Shown here piece by piece: positions 40,172-49,150 of a DNA stretch of 64,000 bases. The notes below the pieces were generated by a model that was given only the letters and a program-made list of their open reading frames with translations, was not told the origin of the DNA and ran no database searches. The stretch comes from Gammaproteobacteria bacterium (GTDB lineage: Bacteria > Pseudomonadota > Gammaproteobacteria > SZUA-229), in assembly GCA_029287435.1 (NCBI GenBank), contig JARFRD010000063.1, forward strand, positions 5,431 to 69,430. Direction: 5' to 3'. A program made the position numbers and the translations under genes. Each line of letters starts with the position of its first letter. Position 1 is the first letter of the stretch.

Positions 40172-40477
40172 ATGCATATCAAAATAACTGCCACAATTTT
40201 GCTGTTTTTTTCTTCTCTTGTTGTTTCAGCCACTGGCCTGGCAGTCGAAATCAGCCAGGCTGCGATGCTCGCTAATTCCTGCGCAGGCTGTCACGGTACC
40301 TATGGTAAAAGCCCCGGTGCAATTCCCGCCATAAACGGCAAGTCTGCAAGCTTTATTGTTGAATCATTAAAGGACTTTCAAAGTGGTGCCAGGCCATCAA
40401 CAGTGATGGGCAGGCACGCCAATGGCTATAGCGATCAGGAGATCCAGCTCATTGCTGAATTTTTCTCGAAACACTAA
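40172..40477 (+). CDS. fccA: monoheme cytochrome c subunit of flavocytochrome c sulfide dehydrogenase
   Basis: 101 aa with a signal peptide and a single CAGCHG heme-binding motif. It sits immediately upstream of the FAD subunit gene. Confidence 0.75.
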   Translation: MHIKITATILLFFSSLVVSATGLAVEISQAAMLANSCAGCHGTYGKSPGAIPAINGKSASFIVESLKDFQSGARPSTVMGRHANGYSDQEIQLIAEFFSKH

Positions 40478-40489
40478 CAGGAGACTGCT

Positions 40490-41782
40490 ATGAATACCTA
40501 TGATCGAAGGCGGTTTATCAAACTATTAGGCGGCTCCGGTATGATGCTGGCCAGCTTTAATCCGTTAACGGTTTTCGCACAGAGTAATAATCCATCGGCA
40601 CGGGTAATAATCGTCGGCGGGGGTTTTGGTGGTGCAACCTGTGCCAAGTACCTGAATATGTTTGATCCGGGCCTGTCAGTAACACTCATCGAACCATCGA
40701 AACGTTTTACATCCTGCCCATTTAGCAATGCTGTCCTCAGCGGCATGAGAGACCTGGACAGTATTAGTTATGGTTATCATGCACATGTAAAACGTGGCAT
40801 AAATGTCGTGCACGACAAGGTGACACAAATTGACGCTGCCGCAAAAAAGATAACACTTGGCAACGGCGAAAAGCTGTCTTATGACCGACTGGTACTATCA
40901 CCCGGTATTGATTTTAGATGGGAAGATGTCGAAGGCATGAACGCCAGTGATATGGAACTTATTCCGCACGCCTGGCAGGGTGGACCGCAAACGACACTAT
41001 TACGAGACCAGCTGGTAGCAATGAAAGATGGCGGTACATTTATAATCGCCCCGCCTGAAAACCCATTCCGCTGCCCACCCGGACCCTATGAACGGGTTAG
41101 CCTGATAGCGCATTACCTGCAACAGCATAAACCAAATTCAAAGATCCTGATCCTGGATGCGAAAGAAAAATTTTCCAAGCAGCCATTATTCATGCAGGGC
41201 TGGGAAAAACTCTATCCCGGCATGATCGAATGGGTTAGTGGAGATACTGGCGGACGCATTGATCATGTTGATGTTAAAAATAAAACCATTCACTCGGAAT
41301 CGGGTGATAAACACCAGGCAGAAGTCATTAACTTTATACCGCCTCAAAAAGCAGGTTTGATTGCACATACTGCGGGACTAACAAACAGCGACGGCTGGTG
41401 TCCGGTTAACCAGAGAACATTCGAATCGGAAGTACACTCTGATATCCATGTTATTGGCGATGCTTCCATTGCAGGAAAAATGCCGAAATCCGGTTTTGCC
41501 GCAAATAGCCAGGGTAAAGTCTGTGCTGCCGCGATAGTCTCTGCAGTCCATGGCACTAAAATGCCTGAGCCATCATATGTCAACACCTGTTATAGCCTGG
41601 TATCGCCTGACTATGGTATTTCAGTCGCCGCCGTATATCGTTTCAGTGATGATAAAGGCATATACAAAGTCGAAGGTTCAGGGGGTGTCAGTCCAAAAGA
41701 GGCAGATGCCAATTTCCGTAAACAGGAAGCACGATATGCAAAAGGCTGGTATGACAGCATTACCTCAGACAGTTTTGGATAA
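40490..41782 (+). CDS. fccB: flavocytochrome c sulfide dehydrogenase, FAD-binding subunit (FccB/SoxF-like)
   Basis: 430 aa with a Tat signal (RRRFIKLLGGSG), the FAD-binding motif VIIVGGGFGGATCAKYL and two redox Cys regions. Confidence 0.85.
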   Translation: MNTYDRRRFIKLLGGSGMMLASFNPLTVFAQSNNPSARVIIVGGGFGGATCAKYLNMFDPGLSVTLIEPSKRFTSCPFSNAVLSGMRDLDSISYGYHAHVKRGINVVHDKVTQIDAAAKKITLGNGEKLSYDRLVLSPGIDFRWEDVEGMNASDMELIPHAWQGGPQTTLLRDQLVAMKDGGTFIIAPPENPFRCPPGPYERVSLIAHYLQQHKPNSKILILDAKEKFSKQPLFMQGWEKLYPGMIEWVSGDTGGRIDHVDVKNKTIHSESGDKHQAEVINFIPPQKAGLIAHTAGLTNSDGWCPVNQRTFESEVHSDIHVIGDASIAGKMPKSGFAANSQGKVCAAAIVSAVHGTKMPEPSYVNTCYSLVSPDYGISVAAVYRFSDDKGIYKVEGSGGVSPKEADANFRKQEARYAKGWYDSITSDSFG

Positions 41783-41933
41783 AACTGAAGTGAATTAGAT
41801 AATCAGCATTGCAGTAAATGAGGTATGTCAACATTTCCTGACAAATCGCATTGATGCATCATGACAGTAATGCAGGAGGGTCTGTGTAGTTATTCACTAC
41901 ACGGACCCTTGTGTATCAAGAATTAAAAGTTTC

Positions 41934-42515
41934 TTATTTGTCAGCCTCAGAATCTTCAGCCTCATCAGTATCTTTTGGCGCAACAGGAGCAGGCGCTGCT
42001 ATCGGAGCAGCAAAGATTGGCGGATATTCAGGAATAGGCGGTGCAACAGGGAGATCCGGGGCTACGTCAGCACCCGGTGCTGTGGCGGCTCCTTTTGCAG
42101 CAGGAGGAGCAGACGGAGCGACGGGAGTATCAGGAGCGTCTGGAATTATAGGATGTTCCGGGACTTCAGGGTCTTCCGGGTATTCAGGGACAGCCGGTGC
42201 TACAGGATAACCGGGTGCTACAGCTGCTGCTGGGGCAACGGGAGGGGCTGCTGGGGCAACGGGTGCACTGGGCGCTACAGGTGCCCCTGGTGCTACAGGA
42301 GTAGCCTGTGCCAGTTGATCGCCATAAGTCAACGACTCGACGAAGCCATCGGCAGGAATAATTAAAGTTTCTGTATTCTCCGTATTACCGGCGTGTTTAT
42401 TATCGTTTATTACAGGGATGCCATCGTGCAGGGCAGCCATTGCAGCTGCACAGACACAGAGGTTCACTGTGAGCAGAGTGAATGAGGCGGATATTATTTT
42501 AGTGTAACCCGGCAT
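41934..42515 (-). CDS. secreted Pro/Ala-rich low-complexity repeat protein
   Basis: About 193 aa from the MPGYTK start, with a signal peptide and then PVAPGAPVAPSAPVAPAAPPVAP...PEYPEDPEVPEHP repeats. The antisense track ORFs 41911..42210 and 42153..42365 are artefacts of the GC-rich repeats. Confidence 0.6.
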   Translation of the reverse strand: MPGYTKIISASFTLLTVNLCVCAAAMAALHDGIPVINDNKHAGNTENTETLIIPADGFVESLTYGDQLAQATPVAPGAPVAPSAPVAPAAPPVAPAAAVAPGYPVAPAVPEYPEDPEVPEHPIIPDAPDTPVAPSAPPAAKGAATAPGADVAPDLPVAPPIPEYPPIFAAPIAAPAPVAPKDTDEAEDSEADK

Positions 42516-42749
42516 GTTGAGTTCCTCCTTCTTTAAACACACGAAATCGTACCACTAAATGCCATGGCTTGCCGAACTACACTGGTCGATATTCTGTTTT
42601 TTTTCATATGTCCCGGGCAGAAACAGTCGATAAAAGGAATATCCGAAAGTACAGAAGTTCACCAACAGACTCTCTGAACCCGTCCAATCTACTCTACACT
42701 GATTACGGAAAATGTCTGGCCGGGCTTTTGCCGAGGGTAATGATTGTTT

Positions 42750-42781
42750 GTGATATTCCTGTGATATTCCCGTGATATTTG
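42750..42781. promoter_or_regulatory. Three direct repeats GTGATATTCC at 11-bp period (plus a degenerate fourth, TGATTGTTTG) about 70-100 bp upstream of the OmpR-family response regulator gene
   Basis: The sequence gtgatattcct gtgatattccc gtgatatttgg was read directly. The 10-11-bp periodicity is typical of OmpR/PhoB-family binding sites. Confidence 0.5.
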
Positions 42782-42846
42782 GGTGCTAAGCTGAATTCCA
42801 CGCAAAGGGTCGAGAACATTAGCCGTTATTGGCTGTCGAATGACTT

Positions 42847-43581
42847 ATGTCCCATACCAGCATGCCAAAAAATATACTTGTCATTGAAGATAATACGGAT
42901 ATTGCTAATTTAGTGATGGTCAACCTGCGTGGCAAGCATTTGCAGGTTGATCATGTGGCTGATGGTAAGACGGGTCTGGATAAAGCACTTACTGGCGATT
43001 ACCAGTTGATCATATTAGATCTTATGCTGCCCGGCATGGATGGCATGGATATATGCAGGTTCATGCGCAGAGAAAACAACTTTACACCGGTACTGATGCT
43101 GACAGCAAAGACTTCAGAGCTGGACCGCGTGCTAGGTCTGGAAGTTGGAGCAGATGATTACCTTACAAAACCATTTAGCGTTCCCGAACTGGTAGCCAGA
43201 GTAAACGCGATATTGCGCAGGGCACAACAATATCAGCTATCGCTAGCAGCAGAAATATCTGAAAAGCTGAAATTTGGTGAACTGTCTGTGGATCCGGACA
43301 AGCGACAGGTGCTGCTGGGTAATAATGATATCGAGCTCACAGCCAAAGAATTTGATTTGTTATGGCACTTTGCCAGTCATCCCGGTCGAGTTTATACCCG
43401 CTCACAGCTGCTTAGTAGCATATGGGGATATGGACATGACGGCTATGAACATACGGTCAATTCACATATCAATCGCCTGCGAGCAAAGATTGAAGCTGAC
43501 CCGGCAAAGCCACAGTATGTCATTACTGTCTGGGGCGTTGGCTACAAGTTTTCGAATGACATAAATAAGGCGGTCAGGTGA
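42847..43581 (+). CDS. OmpR-family two-component response regulator
   Basis: 244 aa with a receiver domain (LVIEDNTDI...ILDLMLPGMDG...LTAKT) and a winged-helix C-terminus (VWGVGYKF). Confidence 0.9.
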   Translation: MSHTSMPKNILVIEDNTDIANLVMVNLRGKHLQVDHVADGKTGLDKALTGDYQLIILDLMLPGMDGMDICRFMRRENNFTPVLMLTAKTSELDRVLGLEVGADDYLTKPFSVPELVARVNAILRRAQQYQLSLAAEISEKLKFGELSVDPDKRQVLLGNNDIELTAKEFDLLWHFASHPGRVYTRSQLLSSIWGYGHDGYEHTVNSHINRLRAKIEADPAKPQYVITVWGVGYKFSNDINKAVR

Positions 43582-45059
43582 TTTTTAGAACGCTTTATAG
43601 TCGTATTGGATTAACTTTATTTGTTTTACTGTGTCTGGTCGGATTAATCCTGATCCAGTTGATAGGACGCTCCAGTGCGCTGTATCAGCAGGAAGTGGTT
43701 CAGAAACTCAACAGCAAACTGGCTGAGCATATTGTTGCTGAACAGGAATTAATTCAGAACCAGATGATCAATTATGCAGCATCCGATCCCCTGTTCCATG
43801 ATTTGATGGTCATCAATCCCAGCATCGAATTGTACTTGCTCGACAAGCAAGGTGTAATCATGGGCTATCACGCACCAGCGGGAAAAGTAAAAAGGACCCG
43901 AATCGACCTTGAGCCGTTAAATAAATTTTTTGATGGGAAGGTCAGGTATCCGCTTAAAGGTGATGATCCGCGTACACTTGGTGGTCAGAAAGTTTTTTCT
44001 GCGGCGAAAATATCCAATAAAGACGGACTGCAGGGGTATCTGTACATTGTGCTCGGTGGCGAGCAGTATGATCATGTGGTGCACATGCTGGGCAATAGTT
44101 ACATTGTTGACACATCACTGCAGGTGTTGATGGTCGCTTTGATTGCAGCCTTGCTTGGTGGTTTGTTTGTATTTGGCCTGCAGACACGGCGCCTGCGTTT
44201 GCTGGGTGAGGTCATGCGCAGCTATGCCAGGAAAAGCAGGGAAGGCAACATGTCGATACGCTATCCGGTCAGGGGGAAAAGTAAAGACGAGGTTGATGAG
44301 CTGGGTATGCAGTTTAATACCATGGCGGAAAAGATTAACGAACAATTCAATGAGCTAAAGCGTACTGATGGCAGACGCCGTGAAATGGTTGCGAATATCT
44401 CGCATGATCTACGCACACCACTGACCACAATGCGCGGTTATCTGGAAACTCTGTTGATAAAGAATCAATCTCTTTCCGCGCAAGAGAAAAAACAATATCT
44501 TGAAACAGCATTGAGTCATAGTCAGCATCTGGGAAAATTGGTTGAGCAGCTGTTTGAATTAGCCAGGTTGGATTCCTGTGAGTCAGTGGTCTACTCTGAA
44601 CCATTCTCGATGGGTGAATTAGTGCAGGATGTGACGCAGTCATATCTATTGCGCGCAAAGGAGAAATCGATCCAGCTCGAAGTTGCCTTGAACCCGGATG
44701 CACCATTGATTTATGGCGATATCGCAATGATGCAGCGGGTGCTCGAAAACCTGCTTGAGAACGGCCTTCGACACACACCTGAAGGTGGGCGAGTCAGTAT
44801 TAGTGTGGATATCGATTCCGGCAATGTCATTGTGCGGATAGCAGACACAGGCTGCGGTATTGCTGCTGAAGATGTTCCACGAATATTTGAGCGCTTTTAT
44901 CAGCAGGATATAAATAGTAGCGGTAGCAGTAGCTCAGGTCTGGGACTCGCCATCGTAAAACGGATCCTTGAATTACATGGCAGCGCCATTAGAGTCCGAA
45001 GTGAAATCGATCATGGCACTACCTTCTCATTCAATCTGGCTACAAAGCCCTCATTCTGA
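43578..45059 (+). CDS. sensor histidine kinase (periplasmic sensor, HAMP, HisKA, HATPase_c)
   Basis: 493 aa with two TM helices. The H-box is ISHDLRTPLTTM and the G-boxes are DTGCGIAAEDVPRIFERFYQ and GLGLAIVKRI. It overlaps the response-regulator gene by 4 nt. Confidence 0.9.
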   Translation: MIFRTLYSRIGLTLFVLLCLVGLILIQLIGRSSALYQQEVVQKLNSKLAEHIVAEQELIQNQMINYAASDPLFHDLMVINPSIELYLLDKQGVIMGYHAPAGKVKRTRIDLEPLNKFFDGKVRYPLKGDDPRTLGGQKVFSAAKISNKDGLQGYLYIVLGGEQYDHVVHMLGNSYIVDTSLQVLMVALIAALLGGLFVFGLQTRRLRLLGEVMRSYARKSREGNMSIRYPVRGKSKDEVDELGMQFNTMAEKINEQFNELKRTDGRRREMVANISHDLRTPLTTMRGYLETLLIKNQSLSAQEKKQYLETALSHSQHLGKLVEQLFELARLDSCESVVYSEPFSMGELVQDVTQSYLLRAKEKSIQLEVALNPDAPLIYGDIAMMQRVLENLLENGLRHTPEGGRVSISVDIDSGNVIVRIADTGCGIAAEDVPRIFERFYQQDINSSGSSSSGLGLAIVKRILELHGSAIRVRSEIDHGTTFSFNLATKPSF

Positions 45060-45177
45060 TCATACAACTTGCCAAAAAGGAAGGATGTTACAAACTTGTG
45101 ATAATTTCGTGAGCCCGGCGTGAACCTCTTTTGTAACACTATGCTTCCCCTATTGATGAAAAAAAGAGAGCAGTCAA

Positions 45178-45531
45178 ATGAAAACACTAAAAATAGTATG
45201 TGCAGCAGTATTGTTTGCTTCAGCTGTGGCTGTGAATAGCACGGCATTTGCAAAAGAGCGTGAGACAGGGCGCGGTACCGGGCCGGTGGTGTATGTTACT
45301 TCACAGGGCCTGTATTATGACTCCATTGTTGTGGTTGACTCCTTACCGGCTAATGGTAGATTTCAGCAGTTGATTCCTGGAGAAAATGGACTGGAGACGG
45401 AATACGGTCCAGGCGAAGTGGGCCATCTTGGTGGCCGCTGGTGGATTGATATAAACGGTGACGGCATCATGAACGACGGCGATAAGTTCTTTCTCTGTCC
45501 GTTGCTTGGCCCGGGTCGTGAAACTTTGTAA
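45178..45531 (+). CDS. small secreted protein with an EF-hand-like loop (DINGDGIMNDGD)
   Basis: 117 aa with a signal peptide (AVNSTAFA/KE). The 12-residue loop matches the EF-hand Ca-loop spacing. It is followed by a strong terminator. Confidence 0.55.
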   Translation: MKTLKIVCAAVLFASAVAVNSTAFAKERETGRGTGPVVYVTSQGLYYDSIVVVDSLPANGRFQQLIPGENGLETEYGPGEVGHLGGRWWIDINGDGIMNDGDKFFLCPLLGPGRETL

Positions 45532-45560
45532 TTTTATACTCCCTTACATGAGAGAAAACT

Positions 45561-45589
45561 GGAACCGCATAATGCGGTTCCTTTTTTTA
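45561..45589 (+). terminator. rho-independent terminator
   Basis: The ggaaccgca-taa-tgcggttcc 9-bp stem is followed by tttttttag. Confidence 0.75.
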
Positions 45590-45808
45590 GTGTTATTTCA
45601 GCAGCCGAGCAGCTCGATGTCTTACTCATAGCGCCTGGTAGACGTGCCATCACCGGGGAGTTCTTGAATCGCTGCCTTGAGGGATCGATCGAGCGCGACA
45701 TGGTGGCTGAAAGCACACCAGCTATGTTTGAGTTCCACTTAATTGAAGTCTATTACCCGTGACGTCTGTTAATCCTCTCAAACGATCAATAAATGATTTA
45801 AATCTAAA

Positions 45809-46642
45809 CTAGGCCTTCTTGACGAGGGTGTCATCGGTAATTGATTCAAGCGACCGTTTCCTTTCTGAAACCATCAGGTATTCGTGCATCAGCTCGTCAT
45901 ATAATTCGGGGCGTTCGGTTTTCAGCTCGATGGCATAGTCGAGGAACTTGGTAATCGCACCGGTCAGTATTGTGCGTAACTTTTCACAGCCCTGCGGTGT
46001 ACTCATGGCGTACTCGACGAACAGCCTGCCGGGATAGGATTCCTTGAACATGCGGACATCCTGAATGAAATGCAGGACGTATACTACTTCTTCAAGTATA
46101 TCCTCAAAGTCGTGTTGCATGGCCCAGTCCATGAATTTCACGAACGCGTCACGGGCATCGATATAGGACAGGACCACAGTCTCAAGCTCATCGATAGATC
46201 GATAGGTCAATTCGTTGAGGTCTTCGCGTAGCCTGTATAATTCCGAGATATCGGCAGTGACCAGTGTAGGGATATCTATCTGTGGTGACTCCAGGGCATT
46301 GAAGCTATTGATGAATACCTCGCGGATCTGTGAACGAAAAATATGGCTCTTCATGTGCATCAGCAGACGAAGGCGGCCTTTCTTTTCTCTTCTGGCAAGA
46401 AAGCGCTCGACGATGATGGCGCCGAACATAATTTCAAGCGGTATCGCTGCAACATGCTCCAGAAAACCATAATGAGTGACATGTTCGAGATACAGGAAAA
46501 ACAGGCTTAGAATTGGTAGAGTGATTATCAATGCACCATATGGACTGATTATTTTTTTATTTTTGTTAATTGAGTTCCTGCTCTCCCCATTACCTGGCAA
46601 AGCAGCCTCCTGTCGGCAGTTGAACGTCAGACCTGTTGTCAT
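45809..46642 (-). CDS. hypothetical protein with two N-terminal TM helices and a roughly 200-aa acidic cytoplasmic domain
   Basis: 277-aa ORF with an AAAGGA RBS about 9 nt upstream. No recognisable family. Confidence 0.5.
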   Translation of the reverse strand: MTTGLTFNCRQEAALPGNGESRNSINKNKKIISPYGALIITLPILSLFFLYLEHVTHYGFLEHVAAIPLEIMFGAIIVERFLARREKKGRLRLLMHMKSHIFRSQIREVFINSFNALESPQIDIPTLVTADISELYRLREDLNELTYRSIDELETVVLSYIDARDAFVKFMDWAMQHDFEDILEEVVYVLHFIQDVRMFKESYPGRLFVEYAMSTPQGCEKLRTILTGAITKFLDYAIELKTERPELYDELMHEYLMVSERKRSLESITDDTLVKKA

Positions 46643-46660
46643 AATATATTGTCCTTTAAC

Positions 46661-46686
46661 TCAGATTCGTTTATCAGATTCGTTTA
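46661..46686. repeat. Perfect 13-bp tandem direct repeat (tcagattcgttta x2) immediately upstream of the RBS of the 45809-46642 gene
   Basis: Read directly; candidate operator. Confidence 0.45.
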
Positions 46687-47022
46687 ATGGTGGAATACAC
46701 TGCCCGATTAACACGGAATACAACAATTGTAAGTCATCCCCCATCTGGCTAAATATCATACCCCGAATGGCAGCAATCGACCATCTGCCATTTTCTGTTG
46801 TATCGGAGACGATTATAGCCGTTCAAATAAATGTCGGACCACTCGCTGATCTGGGAATCGAGCTACAACAGTATCCCTGTGCCTGTTCGTGGAGGCAGGG
46901 CTAGTGTGCGGAATAGCAGTCGTGTTCGCAGAATTTTCGACTAAAATAAATAAAGATATACGGGGCATTATATGTGCCTAAAGTTAACTGCAAAACTAGC
47001 TATTGGGGAGGAGGACTGATTG

Positions 47023-47334
47023 ATGGAAAACGATGAAGAAAAACGAAACAGGATAAATCCGATTCCCGATGAGCTGCAGGAACCTGTGAACATACCTGAA
47101 AAGCTGCTGAAATATATGAATAAACAACAAAGACATACTTACCTTAAAATGCAGATGCATGGTTGGAGGCTCAAGTTTATAAGACGTCCATTGTTCAGAA
47201 AGCCGGTATGTGTGTTTACTGATCCCAAAGAGACCATATTAGCAGTGATTGAAGAGGACGGAACATTCAACAAGCAACCACGTTTCCTGTTTCGCAGTGC
47301 GGATAAGCGTGCAAAAAATGATTTAAAACAGTAG
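47023..47334 (+). CDS. hypothetical small basic protein (about 103 aa). Start at the ATG preceded by a GGGGAGGAGG RBS.
   Basis: MENDEEKRNRINPIPDE...GWRLKFIRRPLFRKPVCVFTD... with no recognised family. The strong SD supports translation. Confidence 0.5.
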   Translation: MENDEEKRNRINPIPDELQEPVNIPEKLLKYMNKQQRHTYLKMQMHGWRLKFIRRPLFRKPVCVFTDPKETILAVIEEDGTFNKQPRFLFRSADKRAKNDLKQ

Positions 47335-47419
47335 CTACCTACAAATAAGATGAATGATAATGTGGCAGCCTGAGACCCTTTCTATTTTTCACAGCCAGCA
47401 ACTGCCCATTCTATTATCG

Positions 47420-48985
47420 TTATCTTTTCCTGGTTTTCCGCATTGACTGAATATGAATACCAATCCTCTTACCCAGCCACCAGCTAAAGAAAATGATAAT
47501 AATGAAGACGAAAACGGCCAGCAGGTAGAACTGGTTCGAGGTCAGGGTCGGTTTCGACTTCACATAGGCCATGTTCGACGGGATGAGATATTGCCGCGCA
47601 ACATTGCGTACATCATCGGGCGTGAACTTCTCAAGTAATGCCTCCTGATTTACAAACCCCCCGTACTTGTCAACTTCGACCAGGTTGTTAATATAATACC
47701 AGGCAATGTCTGCATTCGATTCCAGGCCCTGTGCCTTGCTCAGTAACAGGGAGCGGATGGTCTGCTTTATCTCCGCATCGCTCACTTCGCCGTCTCGCAG
47801 CCGAACGACTTCCCGATGCATGATGTCGGAAACCTTGTCCAGGTCCTTAAGGTCTGCATCGGCATTGATAACAAACAGACCTTCATGGCGTCCGCCGAGG
47901 ATTTCAACACTCGGTGAATAAGACAGCCCCTGCAGTACTCGGATCGCTTCATACATACGTTTATAGAAGTATGCCTCGATGATGAGGAAAACATAGTAAT
48001 CAGGCGAGCCATAGCCATTGGTACGATAGATCAGCTCAGACGTGCCATTGGTACCAAATATTGGATCGAGTGTGCCGGTGACGTGGAGCGGCCCCTCGTT
48101 AAAGCCCGTTGCTACTGGGATATCGCGCTCAATTTTCCTGTATGGCATTTTGCCGAAAAGCGCAGCAATCTGTTTTTTTATTTTCGCCGTATCAAAGTCG
48201 CCGCTTATCACCAGGGTCATGTTGTTTGGCACATAAAACTTGTTATAGGCATCGATAATGTTCTGGCGTGAGATATGCTCAAGGGTTGTCAGATGACTGC
48301 AGTAGATACGGCTGCCCTGGAGCATCGCTTTTAGAACCTTGTCCCGTGCACTACTGACAAGTTCATGCTGATGCAGGTACCTTGTTATGCGTGTAGGAAC
48401 ACCGCCCAACTCGCGGTAGATGATTTTCTGTGAGTGTTCGAAGTCAGCCTTGCTGATGACTGAATCGGTGATGACCTCATGTAGAGTTGCCAGTCCAACA
48501 TCAACGTATTCACTGAAAATATCAACTTTAAAAATGGTGTCCTCACCATATGTGGCGGCATTCCAGCTACCGCCATGATGAATAATTAATTCATCGAGCT
48601 CACTCTCCGAATGCTGTGACGTACCGGTAAATAACAGGTGTTCGAGGAAGTGCGCTGTTTCCCGTTGTAAACAGTCGAAATCATACTCGCCAAGCCCTAC
48701 ATTCAGTCGTATCGCAACGTTGCGGGCGCCATGCCGGTCCTTGAGGATGACACGCATGCCATTATCAAGGAAATATATTTCAGGGTCATAGATGCCCTCG
48801 GGTGTGAACCTTGCAGCAGATGCCTGGCTGGATGTTATTAAGCTGGCTAACACCATTGCACAGAAGAAAAAAACAGAATTGCTGGCCAGGCTAGTGAAAA
48901 CGGATCCGGGCACGACCTGATTTGTTGCAATCGTGAGGTTGCTCAAAATGGATAACTTCATCAGAGGGAGTTTATCTGAAATCAC
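47420..48985 (-). CDS. M16-family (pitrilysin/insulinase-like) zinc peptidase with an N-terminal signal peptide and a C-terminal transmembrane anchor
   Basis: 521 aa with the inverted zincin motif HFLEH (HxxEH) and downstream E residues. The C-terminal hydrophobic segment is FYLLAVFVFIIIIFFSWWL, followed by a basic tail. Confidence 0.8.
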   Translation of the reverse strand: MISDKLPLMKLSILSNLTIATNQVVPGSVFTSLASNSVFFFCAMVLASLITSSQASAARFTPEGIYDPEIYFLDNGMRVILKDRHGARNVAIRLNVGLGEYDFDCLQRETAHFLEHLLFTGTSQHSESELDELIIHHGGSWNAATYGEDTIFKVDIFSEYVDVGLATLHEVITDSVISKADFEHSQKIIYRELGGVPTRITRYLHQHELVSSARDKVLKAMLQGSRIYCSHLTTLEHISRQNIIDAYNKFYVPNNMTLVISGDFDTAKIKKQIAALFGKMPYRKIERDIPVATGFNEGPLHVTGTLDPIFGTNGTSELIYRTNGYGSPDYYVFLIIEAYFYKRMYEAIRVLQGLSYSPSVEILGGRHEGLFVINADADLKDLDKVSDIMHREVVRLRDGEVSDAEIKQTIRSLLLSKAQGLESNADIAWYYINNLVEVDKYGGFVNQEALLEKFTPDDVRNVARQYLIPSNMAYVKSKPTLTSNQFYLLAVFVFIIIIFFSWWLGKRIGIHIQSMRKTRKR

Positions 48986-49150
48986 AGCATCCTCCCAAAG
49001 AATACCCAGTTATTTCGAGTTGCTATAGCGGGGGCAATCTCCTCGAACTAGCCTGTCGTTGTTAACAAAGCTGCGTGACAGCAACTGGTAGCATCTGGCA
49101 GAACAGCCCCCTGATAAAGACCGGAAAAATGTCACACGGCCAAGCTGAAC

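Noticed and set aside
41911-42365. Plus-strand ORFs 41911..42210 and 42153..42365 (Gly/Ala/Ser-rich, Cys/Trp-rich)
   Set aside because: They are antisense to the Pro/Ala-rich secreted protein gene and produced by its GC-rich repetitive codons. They have no RBS and low-complexity translations.
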